Source: a bacterium (GTDB taxonomy: Bacteria; Planctomycetota; JAFGQW01). From it: a DNA stretch of 64,000 nt. The notes under the pieces are model-generated. The model saw only the letters and a list, made by a program, of their open reading frames with translations, did no database searches and had not been told where the DNA came from. The stretch lies in contig JAUHXU010000003.1 in the NCBI GenBank assembly GCA_030426805.1, positions 665,488 through 729,487 of the forward strand, read 5' to 3'. Positions 1-8,863 of this stretch are shown piece after piece (the stretch's first letter is position 1; each line of letters begins with the position of its first letter). Both the position numbers and the translations under genes were made by a program.

Positions 1-16
1 CCGCACGGAGAGACCG

Positions 17-190
17 ATGGTCGAGACCGTCTTGCTCGCGCTGCTGACGGGGTTCCTCGTCGGCGTGATCTTCCGCGCCGTACACCTGCCGTTGCCGGCA
101 CCGCCGGTGCTCGCCGGCGTCATGGGCATCGTCGGGATCTTCCTCGGCGGCCGCGCCTACGAATGGGTCGTCGGGCGCTACTTCTCGTGA
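17..190 (+). CDS. Small hydrophobic membrane protein, XapX/DUF1427-like (57 aa)
   Basis: ATG at 17 and TGA at 188-190. Translation is MVETVLLALLTGFLVGVIFRAVHLPLPAPPVLAGVMGIVGIFLGGRAYEWVVGRYFS, a pattern of two hydrophobic helices. The stop overlaps the GTG of the next gene in a GTGA arrangement. It is absent from the ORF track because it is shorter than 60 aa. Confidence 0.45.
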   Translation: MVETVLLALLTGFLVGVIFRAVHLPLPAPPVLAGVMGIVGIFLGGRAYEWVVGRYFS

Positions 191-573
191 CCGAACGCGA
201 CCCGTTGATCGCGGCGGCGACGCGCGCGCGCGACAACGCGTACGCGCCCTACTCCCGCTTCCGGGTCGGCGCGGCGCTCCGCGGGGAGGACGGGTCGATC
301 CACGCCGGGTGCAACGTCGAGAACGCGTCGTTCGGCATGACGATCTGCGCGGAACGTGCGGCGATCGTGCGCGCGGTCGCGGACGGGTGTCGTCGCTTCT
401 CGGCGCTTGCACTCGTGCTCGACGGCGACGGGACGCCGTGCGGCGCGTGCCGACAGATGCTGCACGAGTTCGCGCCCACGTTGCCGATCACGATCGCCCG
501 TCCGGACGGAACCGTCGTTCGGGAGACGACGCTCGACCGGCTGCTGCCGGAGCCGTTCTCGACGTTCGAGTAG
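163..573 (+). CDS. cdd: Cytidine deaminase
   Basis: Zinc-ligand motifs CAERAAI and PCGACRQ are present and the length is typical (about 130 aa). An alternative GTG start at 187 overlaps the upstream small-ORF stop (GTGA). Confidence 0.8.
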   Translation: MGRRALLLVTERDPLIAAATRARDNAYAPYSRFRVGAALRGEDGSIHAGCNVENASFGMTICAERAAIVRAVADGCRRFSALALVLDGDGTPCGACRQMLHEFAPTLPITIARPDGTVVRETTLDRLLPEPFSTFE

Positions 574-649
574 GCCTCGGCCGAAGCGCTGCAGACACGA
601 AAACGGGGCGGTCGGCATGGCCGAGCCGCCCCGCGATTCGGAGAGCGAC

Positions 650-1648
650 CTACTGGAGAGTGATGTGGAGGTCGGGGGCGATCTCCGACACGGCGCTGCC
701 GTTGAGCGACACCGCGCTGGCGAAGATCCGGACGCCCTTGAGCGCCGCCGCGTTCGGAGCGTTGATCGTGAGCGAGAACGCACCGTTGGTCTGCGCCGTG
801 GTGCCGGTGAAGTTCGAGAAGACCTGCGGCACGTTCAGCGACGCGAACGTCAACGCGTCGAGCGAGAGCGGGATCGAGCGGCCGCCACCGATCGAGACGC
901 CGGCGTTGCCGAACGAGCACGCGGCGACGTAGGTCTCGCCGCGTCCGAGGCGACCGTCGATCTGGATCGCGGTGCCGACCACCGGCTGCGACACGAGGAA
1001 GAGCGCGCCGTTGAAGTAGTTCAGGTCATCGATCACGCCGTCGCCGAAGCCGGCGGCGCCGACCTTGCCGGTCGCGCCGAGGCCGAACGTCGTCGCGGCC
1101 GAGCGCGAGTAGTCCCACCGGCCGTCCATGTCCCAGTCGACGAACGCCTCGACGAGCACGCTCGAGGCCTGCTCGACGACTTGCATGCGGATGCGCGCTT
1201 GCTTGAACGCGGTCAGCGACGTCGCGGTGAACGGCACGAGCGTCTCGTAGCCGTGGATGTCGTGGAAGTAGAGGAAGATCGAGTCGAAGCCGTCGTACGG
1301 CCCGAAGCTGTCTTGCACCTTGAGCTGGAAGAAGCCGGCGGTGCCGCCGCTGCCGGAGTGACGCGCGATCACACCGCTGTAGCACAGCGTCGTGGCCGTG
1401 TGCGTCGCGACGACCTCGATGCAACAGTCGTTGTCGGTGATCGAGTCGTTCGTCACCTCCTGGAACGTCAGCGCCGAGTCCTGCACGAGGGTCGTGCCGG
1501 AGACGGTCCAGTCACCGCGCTCCTCGGTGTAGCCCGGCACGCTGGTGCCGGCGCCGTAGTTGAACGGATCCGTGAACTGCTGCGCGATCGAACCGCCGGC
1601 CGCACCGATCAGTGCGGCGAGGGTGAGCGCGACGCGTGACATACGCAT
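650..1648 (-). CDS. Secreted hypothetical protein; member of the window-wide paralog family with the shared C-terminal domain
   Basis: Start taken at the ATG for MRMSRVALTLAALIGAAGGSIAQ (signal peptide), which has a GGAAGG RBS. The C-terminus (...RGETYVAACSFGNAGVSIGGGRSIPLSLDALTFASL...) aligns with the conserved C-terminal module of the other paralogs. Confidence 0.6.
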   Translation of the reverse strand: MRMSRVALTLAALIGAAGGSIAQQFTDPFNYGAGTSVPGYTEERGDWTVSGTTLVQDSALTFQEVTNDSITDNDCCIEVVATHTATTLCYSGVIARHSGSGGTAGFFQLKVQDSFGPYDGFDSIFLYFHDIHGYETLVPFTATSLTAFKQARIRMQVVEQASSVLVEAFVDWDMDGRWDYSRSAATTFGLGATGKVGAAGFGDGVIDDLNYFNGALFLVSQPVVGTAIQIDGRLGRGETYVAACSFGNAGVSIGGGRSIPLSLDALTFASLNVPQVFSNFTGTTAQTNGAFSLTINAPNAAALKGVRIFASAVSLNGSAVSEIAPDLHITLQ

Positions 1649-1863
1649 CGTAGACCTTCCTTCGTCGTTGGACGGCACCTCGGGCCGTCACTCCTCTCTC
1701 CGGACGGTCGACTCGGCGGTTGGTTGTGCTTGGCATGCACGCCGGGACGACCACTATCTCTGAAGTCTGCTTCCAAGCTACTCCAGGTGTCCGAAGCCTG
1801 CAATCCCCAAAGGGTTGGAATGCACCGAGCAGAGAATTCCGACGCCAAGGGCGGGGTCGGGGG

Positions 1864-1906
1864 TTGACGGATCCGGGAAACATCCTAATATCCGAATATT
1901 CGGATA
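1864..1906 (+). promoter_or_regulatory. Sigma70-like promoter (TTGACG-N16-TAATAT) with an overlapping 18-nt perfect palindrome TATCCGAATATTCGGATA; putative autoregulatory operator of the downstream ArsR-type regulator
   Basis: -35 at 1864-1869 and -10 at 1886-1891. The perfect inverted repeat at 1889-1906 lies in an unusually AT-rich patch for this roughly 70% GC sequence. Confidence 0.5.
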
Positions 1907-1946
1907 CCCGGTTTCGCGAATCGAGACAGATCGGCAGACACGGACG

Positions 1947-2909
1947 ATGGACGACCAGGCGGTCTTCAAGGCGATGGCAGACGCGACGCGGCGCAACATC
2001 CTGCAGCTCGCATCGCGCCAGGAGCTCAGCGTGAGCGAACTGGTCGACTGCCTGCGTCAGCCCCAGTCCACCGTTTCGCGCCACCTGAAGGTCCTCCGCG
2101 ATGCAGGACTTCTCCACGACCGACGCGAAGGCACCGCCGTGCTCTACGCGGCGCCGGAGAACGCGACGAACGGCAACGGCGACGCGGACCTGCAGGGCCA
2201 CCTCGTCCATTGGCTGGCCGACCGGCCGCTGCCCCCGTCGCTCGCGCGGCGCCTGCGCGGCATCGTCCAGCGGCGGGCGGGGCGCAGTGACGCGTTCTTC
2301 TCGCAGGTCGGTCACCGCTGGGACCAGATGCGACTCGACGCCTTCGGCGACGCGTTCCACCTCGAGGCGCTCGCGATGCTGCTGCCGGGGGACTGGACCG
2401 TCGCCGACATCGGAACCGGGACCGGCTACCTCCTGCCGACGCTCGGGCGTGCGGTCGAGCGCGTGATCGCGGTCGACCCGGTCGCGGCGATGCTCGACAT
2501 CGCCCGCGACCGCGCGGCGGCCGCGGGCGTCGACAACGTCTCGTTCCGCGAGGGCGGACTGTCGCGGCTGCCGCTGGACGACGGTGCGGTCGATCTCGCG
2601 CTCGCCGTCCTCGTCTTGCATCACGTGCCGTCGCCGGCCGATGCGCTGGCCGAGATCTGCCGCGTCGTGCGGCCCGGCGGCCGCGTGCTGATCGTCGAGC
2701 AGTATGCGCACAGCCTCGAGGCGTTCCACGATCGGATGCAGGATCGCTGGTGGGGCTTCGAGCCGGAGGCGCTCGCCGAGTCGGTGACCAGCGCCGGCTT
2801 CGATGCCGTGCGCCACCGACGCCTGCCGGCGAACGGCGCGGCGGACGCGCCCGACCTCTTCGCACTCACAGCCACTCGACCGGACGGCGCGACGCCGAGC
2901 CGGAATTGA
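1947..2909 (+). CDS. sahR: ArsR/SmtB-type winged-helix regulator fused to a SAM-dependent methyltransferase-like domain (SahR-like SAH-responsive regulator)
   Basis: N-terminus [48 protein letters not shown] is an ArsR HTH. The C-terminus [14 protein letters not shown]...VIAVDP...LVLHHVPSP...[12 protein letters not shown] is a class I methyltransferase fold. It lies immediately upstream of ahcY, which is the SahR arrangement. Start chosen at the ATG for MDDQAV; the ORF-track start at 1815 lies within the promoter. Confidence 0.65.
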   Translation: MDDQAVFKAMADATRRNILQLASRQELSVSELVDCLRQPQSTVSRHLKVLRDAGLLHDRREGTAVLYAAPENATNGNGDADLQGHLVHWLADRPLPPSLARRLRGIVQRRAGRSDAFFSQVGHRWDQMRLDAFGDAFHLEALAMLLPGDWTVADIGTGTGYLLPTLGRAVERVIAVDPVAAMLDIARDRAAAAGVDNVSFREGGLSRLPLDDGAVDLALAVLVLHHVPSPADALAEICRVVRPGGRVLIVEQYAHSLEAFHDRMQDRWWGFEPEALAESVTSAGFDAVRHRRLPANGAADAPDLFALTATRPDGATPSRN

Positions 2910-2961
2910 CTTCTTTCGACTGTTCCCAACGAACCCACGGCCCCGGGCCAAGGAGACTTCG

Positions 2962-4272
<1,311 letters not shown>

Positions 4273-4289
4273 TCCGGCCCGCCTCGATC

Positions 4290-4323
4290 GGCGCGAGCGC
4301 GGCCCGGCACCGACCGGGCCGCG
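4290..4323 (+). terminator. GC-rich hairpin with a 14-bp perfect stem (CGAGCGCGGCCCGG caccga CCGGGCCGCGCTCG) downstream of ahcY
   Basis: Perfect inverted repeat 18 nt after the ahcY stop. There is no U-tract, which is common in high-GC genomes. Confidence 0.45.
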
Positions 4324-4362
4324 CTCGTGTACGCCCCGGAACATGTTCGCAAAACGCGGTTT

Positions 4363-4407
4363 CGGCGACACGTTTGAGTTGACGTGTCGCCGCAGACGAC
4401 GTATCTT
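4363..4407 (+). promoter_or_regulatory. Promoter TTGACG-N17-TATCTT for fic, embedded in a 10-bp-arm inverted repeat (CGGCGACACG-N10-CGTGTCGCCG)
   Basis: -35 at 4379-4384 and -10 at 4402-4407. The ATG at 4414 lies about 7 nt after the -10, which suggests a leaderless transcript. Inverted-repeat arms are at 4363-4372 and 4383-4392. Confidence 0.4.
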
Positions 4408-4413
4408 CCAGAT

Positions 4414-5556
4414 ATGTCGTCAAAACGCCATTCTGCGAACATGACCTGGGCTCCCGATCGCCCTTACAACGACCTGCCGCCCCTCCCGCCGGCCGCAGAC
4501 GTCGAGACGAAGCCCGTCCTCCGGCGGTGCGCGACCGCGCGAGCCGCCCTCGGCGAGCTCAAACACGCCGTCGACCTGATCCCGAATCAGGGCATCCTCC
4601 TGAACACGCTCCCGCTCCTCGAGGCCCAGGCCAGTTCGGAGATCGAGAACGTCCTCACGACCGCCGATGCCCTTTTCCGCCACCTCGAAGCGGAGCGGGA
4701 CGTCGACCCGGCCACCCGCGAGGCACTCCGCTACCGGGAAGCCCTGATGGACGGCTACCGGGCACTCGCCGACCGTCCGCTCGGCACGCGCACGGCCGAG
4801 GCGATCTGCACGCGCATCAAAGGCGTCGACATGCGCGTCCGCGTCGTGCCCGGCACCACGATCGCGAATGCGGCGACCGCGGAGACGATCTACACGCCGC
4901 CCGACGGCGAGTCCCGGCTCCGCGACCTGCTCGCGAACTGGGAGCGCTTCCTGCACGAACCCTCCGAGCTCGACCCGCTGATTCGGATGGCGATCGCACA
5001 CTATCAGTTCGAGGCGATCCACCCGTTCACGGACGGCAACGGCCGCACCGGGCGGATCCTGAACAGTCTCTACCTCGTGCAGCAGGGGCTCATCGCACTG
5101 CCCGTGCTCTACATGAGCCGCTACATCATCGCAAACAAGCGCGACTACTACCGCATGCTCGCGGCGGTCACGCGCGACGACGACTGGGAACCGTGGATCG
5201 TCTACATGCTGTCGGTGATCACCGACACGGCGCAGTGGACCACGGCCAAGATCTCGGCGATCCGCTCGCTGGCCAACCAGACGAACGAACACGTGCGGCG
5301 CCACCTGCCGAAGATCCACAGTCGCGAGCTGATCGACGTGCTCTTCGAGCAGCCGTATTGCCGTATCGGCAACGTCACCGACGCGGGCATCGTCAGGCGG
5401 CAAGCGGCGTCACGCTACCTGCAGCAGCTCGCGTCGATCGGCGTGCTCGAGGCGCACCGCATCGGCCGCGAGTTGCTGTTCACGCACCCCCGCTTGCTCC
5501 ACCTCCTGACGACCGACGCGAACGACTTCGCGCCGTTCGAGCCTACTGCACCGTGA
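4414..5556 (+). CDS. Fic-family protein (class II Fic AMPylator/adenylyltransferase)
   Basis: Canonical Fic motif HPFTDGNGRTGR is present. An N-terminal inhibitory-helix-like motif SSEIEN matches (S/T)xxxE(G/N). Length about 380 aa. The ORF-track start at 4384 (GTG) lies inside the -35 box, so the ATG at 4414 is preferred. Confidence 0.8.
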   Translation: MSSKRHSANMTWAPDRPYNDLPPLPPAADVETKPVLRRCATARAALGELKHAVDLIPNQGILLNTLPLLEAQASSEIENVLTTADALFRHLEAERDVDPATREALRYREALMDGYRALADRPLGTRTAEAICTRIKGVDMRVRVVPGTTIANAATAETIYTPPDGESRLRDLLANWERFLHEPSELDPLIRMAIAHYQFEAIHPFTDGNGRTGRILNSLYLVQQGLIALPVLYMSRYIIANKRDYYRMLAAVTRDDDWEPWIVYMLSVITDTAQWTTAKISAIRSLANQTNEHVRRHLPKIHSRELIDVLFEQPYCRIGNVTDAGIVRRQAASRYLQQLASIGVLEAHRIGRELLFTHPRLLHLLTTDANDFAPFEPTAP

Positions 5557-6766
5557 AGCCGGCGGTGTTCGCGACCGCTTGCAGGCCGGCGCCGGTGAAC
5601 GTGACGAAGGACACGTAGAAGCGCAGCCCCTGGAGCGGGCCGTTCGGGATCACGACGCCGGCGGCGGCGGTGCCGTTGGCGCCGAGCGTGCCGACGAAGC
5701 CGGGGAAGAGTGCAGGCACGTTCTGGCTCAACAGGAACAGCGTGTCCGGCGTGAGATCGACCGTGCCGATCGGCAGCGCAAACCCCGGTGTGTGCGAGAA
5801 GGACGCAGCCGCGACGTAGTTCGCGCCGGCACTGCCAGGCTCGCTGAAGCGCAGGGCGAGCGTCGTACCCGGCGTCGGGTCGGCGGCCGCGACGACGTTG
5901 CGGCTTCCATAGACCTCGACGTCGAGCGGGAACGGAATCGCGGTCAGCGTCGTCGCGTTCCCGCTGCGATCCACACGAATCAGGTTCGCGTTCGCGGTCG
6001 CGCAACTACCGCCCATGACGAACGCATCCCGCGTGCGATCGTATGCGAGGCCCGGGAAGCAGCCGTTGAACCCGCCGACGATCGTCGTCATCGTGCCGAG
6101 CGTCAGGTTCACCGAGACCAGGCTGTTCTGCTGGCTCACGATCGCCTCGCCGGTGCGGGCATCGCTGATCATGTCGATCGAGTTGTTGATCGCGACCGAA
6201 CCCACCACGAGCGACGACGTGCCGTCGCGTCGCACCGAGAAGAGGTTCGGGATCTCACCCACGAGGTAGCTGCCGGTGCCGATGTCGACCGCCATTCCGC
6301 GCGGCTTGCCGTTGCCGATCGACGGCGCGGGCATGATCGTCGTGACCGCGCCGGTCGCGTCCATCTTGCCGATCATGATGCTGCTCAACCCGATCAGCGG
6401 CACGAGGTAGCTGCCGTCCTGGTCGACCGCGAGGTTCTCGCTGAAGCTGACCGGCAGCGTACCGACGGTCGCGACCGCACCGCCCGGCGACACCTCGGCG
6501 ATGAACGCCGCCGAGCCGGAGCTGCCGAGGACGGCGACATCGCGGTTGTTGGGCGCCATCGTCGCGGCGCTGATCCGGAAGCCGAACGTCGTCATCGTCG
6601 TGATCACGCCGTTGGGCGTCACGGTGAGCAATGCCGCCCCGCCGGTGACGCTCGCCGGGACGACGTAGTCACCCGGGGCCGGTTGGGCCGTCGCGCGAGG
6701 CGCGCCGATCGACGTCGCGAGCGCGAATCCGGCCACGAGCAGCCGCTGTCGGAAAGAGTGGATCAT
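5543..6766 (-). CDS. Secreted hypothetical protein, paralog family with the shared C-terminal domain
   Basis: Start at the ATG for MIHSFRQRLLVAGFALATSIGAPRATAQ (signal peptide) with an AGGAGA RBS. The C-terminus LALRFSEPGSAGANYVAAASFSHTPGFALPIGTVDLTPDTLFLLS...GLRFYVSFVTF is the family signature. The 3' end overlaps the fic stop convergently. Confidence 0.7.
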   Translation of the reverse strand: MIHSFRQRLLVAGFALATSIGAPRATAQPAPGDYVVPASVTGGAALLTVTPNGVITTMTTFGFRISAATMAPNNRDVAVLGSSGSAAFIAEVSPGGAVATVGTLPVSFSENLAVDQDGSYLVPLIGLSSIMIGKMDATGAVTTIMPAPSIGNGKPRGMAVDIGTGSYLVGEIPNLFSVRRDGTSSLVVGSVAINNSIDMISDARTGEAIVSQQNSLVSVNLTLGTMTTIVGGFNGCFPGLAYDRTRDAFVMGGSCATANANLIRVDRSGNATTLTAIPFPLDVEVYGSRNVVAAADPTPGTTLALRFSEPGSAGANYVAAASFSHTPGFALPIGTVDLTPDTLFLLSQNVPALFPGFVGTLGANGTAAAGVVIPNGPLQGLRFYVSFVTFTGAGLQAVANTAGFTVQ

Positions 6767-6905
6767 CGGGCGTTCTCCTGTTCTGTCATCTCGTCTGCCT
6801 GTCCCTCGACCCCGAGTGTCCCTCGCCCCGCCCCCCACCGCAACCGCAAACCCCACAGCCGTGCACGCGACACTACAATGGCGCCCGACGACATCCCGGA
6901 GGTTG

Positions 6906-7277
6906 ATGATGCGCACACTCCTCGGCGCCGCGGTGATCGCGAGCGCGCTCGCCGGTGCCCTTGCGGCCCAATCGGCCCGATTCGCACTCGACGTGGTCTA
7001 CGTCGGCACGCCCGACTCCGACCGCGGCCGCGCGTTCGAGTCGTTCCTGCGCGAGCGATTCGCGTCCGTGCGGGTCGCCGATCGCACCGCGTGGGATCCC
7101 TCGACGGTGGGCGAGGCCTCGGTCGTCGTCCTCGACTGGCCGCAGGACATCAAGGACATGCCGCCGAAGCATTGCCCGCTCGGCCGCTTCGATGCGTGGA
7201 GCACGCCGACGGTACTGATCGGCAGCGCCGGGCTGATGCTCGCGGTCGCCTGGGACGTGCGCGGCGGGATGGGCTGA
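6906..7277 (+). CDS. Signal-peptide protein, 5' portion of a gene interrupted by an in-frame TGA (see findings)
   Basis: GGAGG RBS followed by ATGATG. The signal peptide is MMRTLLGAAVIASALAGALAAQSA. It ends at TGA 7275-7277, and the following 111 nt in the same frame keep a coding-like GC3 of about 78% up to the next ORF. Confidence 0.5.
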   Translation: MMRTLLGAAVIASALAGALAAQSARFALDVVYVGTPDSDRGRAFESFLRERFASVRVADRTAWDPSTVGEASVVVLDWPQDIKDMPPKHCPLGRFDAWSTPTVLIGSAGLMLAVAWDVRGGMG

Positions 7278-7388
7278 ACCTGCCTCGACCCGCTCGCGTA
7301 CGGGCTACGCGACAACGACGCCACCTTCCGGCACCCTGTCTTCCGTGAACCGATTCCGATCGATACGACCAAGACCGTCGAAGCACGC

Positions 7389-8231
7389 GTGCCCAAGTCG
7401 TGGGGCGCCGGCGACGGGCCATACCGCTTCCTGCGCCTCACCCGTGACGACGCGCCTCGCTCGAGGCCAGGCTGGTGCGTCTACCCGTCCGGCTTCGACG
7501 CGACGCCCGAGGTCGAGGTGATCTGCGGCGGACGCAACTCGAAGAAGCCGAGCGCGGCCGCGATCTGGCGGCAGGGCAACTTGCTGCACTTCGGCTTCGA
7601 GCCGGACCCATCGGCTTACAACGAGGTCGGACGCGCGCTGCTGACGAACGCGATCGTCTACGCGTCGCGCTTCGGCGACGACCGGCCGCTGTTTCGCGAG
7701 AAGAGCCCGTTCAAGTCGAAGGGCCGCGGTCGGCGCCCGATCACGCCCGACTTCGTCGGGCAGTGGCGGGACAAGTTCAACGTCAAGATGATCGACTACT
7801 GGTTCGAGCCGGAGTTGCTCGCGGCGGTCCCGCGCGACGATGCCGAGATATTCTGGGCGTGGTTCGATGCGAACCGCCCGTTCCTGCGCACGACCGAGGC
7901 CGGCAAGCTCGCCTTCGACGAGGAGGCGCGGGCGCTCGGTGCGAAGCCACGCGCCGCGTCGTTCTTCGCCGACACGATCGCGATGCTCGATCGCGGCGAC
8001 CGCGCCCGGGCGCAGAAGCTGCTCGCACGGTACGCCCCCGAAGGCGCGCCGAAGAGCGAAGCGGGCGCCGAGATCTGGTCCACGTGGTGGCGCGACAACG
8101 GGCCGTATCTCTACTGGTCCGAGTCCGACGGCCATCGCTGGGCGCTCGACCGGCTCGCAAAGCGTCGCGGCATACCGACCGGCGAATGCCGCGGCCCGAA
8201 ACGCGCGGGCCCCTATCCGCTACCCCGGTAG
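7389..8231 (+). CDS. Hypothetical protein, 3' portion in the same frame as 6906-7277 (GTG start in the track; probably a continuation)
   Basis: Same reading frame as the upstream ORF, with a single intervening stop. No recognisable domain. The 3' end overlaps fxsA convergently. Confidence 0.5.
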   Translation: MPKSWGAGDGPYRFLRLTRDDAPRSRPGWCVYPSGFDATPEVEVICGGRNSKKPSAAAIWRQGNLLHFGFEPDPSAYNEVGRALLTNAIVYASRFGDDRPLFREKSPFKSKGRGRRPITPDFVGQWRDKFNVKMIDYWFEPELLAAVPRDDAEIFWAWFDANRPFLRTTEAGKLAFDEEARALGAKPRAASFFADTIAMLDRGDRARAQKLLARYAPEGAPKSEAGAEIWSTWWRDNGPYLYWSESDGHRWALDRLAKRRGIPTGECRGPKRAGPYPLPR

Positions 8232-8714
8232 CTTGTCGCGGTCGTCGTCGCGGACTTCGACTTCGACGTCGATCACGTCGGGGCCGGGGCCCCGCGGGGA
8301 CTCGCCGCCGGGGAAGCCACCCCCGGGGAAGCCACCGAACGTCCGGACCTCGACCTGCTTCGCGAAGTGGCGCTTGAGGCTCTCCGCGCCGCTGCGACGC
8401 GCGCCCGGTGCCAGCAGCAGGAAGCCGAGCGCGTCCGTGACGAAACCCGGTACGAGCAGCATCACGCCGGCGACGACGAGGATCACGCCCTCGAGAATCT
8501 CGGTCGCAGGAACACGCCCCGCCATCGCCTCGGCGTTCACCCGTTGGAGGGTGAGTCGCCCCTGACGTCGCGCGATCGTCCCGCCGATCACCGCGGTCAG
8601 CAGGCACAGTCCGACGGCCGTCAACGGGCCGAACGCGCCCGCGACCTTGACGAGCAACACGAGCTCGACGAACGAGAGCGCGAGCGCGATCAGAAAGAAG
8701 AGTCCGACGAAGGG
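8220..8714 (-). CDS. fxsA: FxsA family cytoplasmic membrane protein
   Basis: MPFVGLFFLIALALSFVELVLLVKVAGAFGPLTAVGLCLLTAVIGGTIARRQGRLTLQRV...LVVAGVMLLVPGFVTDALGFLLL matches the FxsA architecture. The C-terminus is low-complexity and Gly/Pro-rich, with a 12-bp direct repeat. Confidence 0.75.
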   Translation of the reverse strand, partial: PFVGLFFLIALALSFVELVLLVKVAGAFGPLTAVGLCLLTAVIGGTIARRQGRLTLQRVNAEAMAGRVPATEILEGVILVVAGVMLLVPGFVTDALGFLLLAPGARRSGAESLKRHFAKQVEVRTFGGFPGGGFPGGESPRGPGPDVIDVEVEVRDDDRDKLPG

Positions 8715-8757
8715 CATGGAGCAGTGTTCGCGCCGGTTCGTGCTCGGGTCAAGGAGC

Positions 8758-8793
8758 GACCAGCTTCTGGCCACCGGTCACCAGTTTCTGGTG
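8758..8793. promoter_or_regulatory. Two adjacent palindromes, GACCAGCTTCTGGCC and CACCAGTTTCTGGTG, in the fxsA/efflux divergent intergenic region; candidate operator
   Basis: CACCAGTTTCTGGTG (8779-8793) is a perfect 15-nt palindrome. The upstream copy (8758-8772) has a perfect 11-nt core. They lie about 70 nt upstream of the first efflux gene. Confidence 0.3.
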
Positions 8794-8863
8794 CCGCGCG
8801 CGCGATCGGGCCCGCGCCGACTCGACTTACGGCTCGATTCGCGAACGGCCCGACGTTTGCGCT

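Noticed and set aside
356-1639. 427-aa ORF on the plus strand and several other long ORFs overlapping the cdd/secreted-protein region
   Set aside because: Arg/Ala/Asp-rich low-complexity translations typical of wrong-frame ORFs in 70% GC DNA; overlapped by better-supported genes on the other strand
1512-2951. 479-aa minus-strand ORF antisense to the ArsR-MTase gene
   Set aside because: Antisense to a gene with clear domain signatures; Arg-rich artefact
7278-7320. Bacterial SECIS-like hairpin downstream of the in-frame TGA
   Set aside because: Kept only as a low-probability note within the TGA finding. GC-rich hairpins are ubiquitous here and the protein shows no selenoprotein family features
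5579-7348. 589-aa plus-strand ORF
   Set aside because: Antisense to the well-supported secreted paralog (5543-6766); composition artefact
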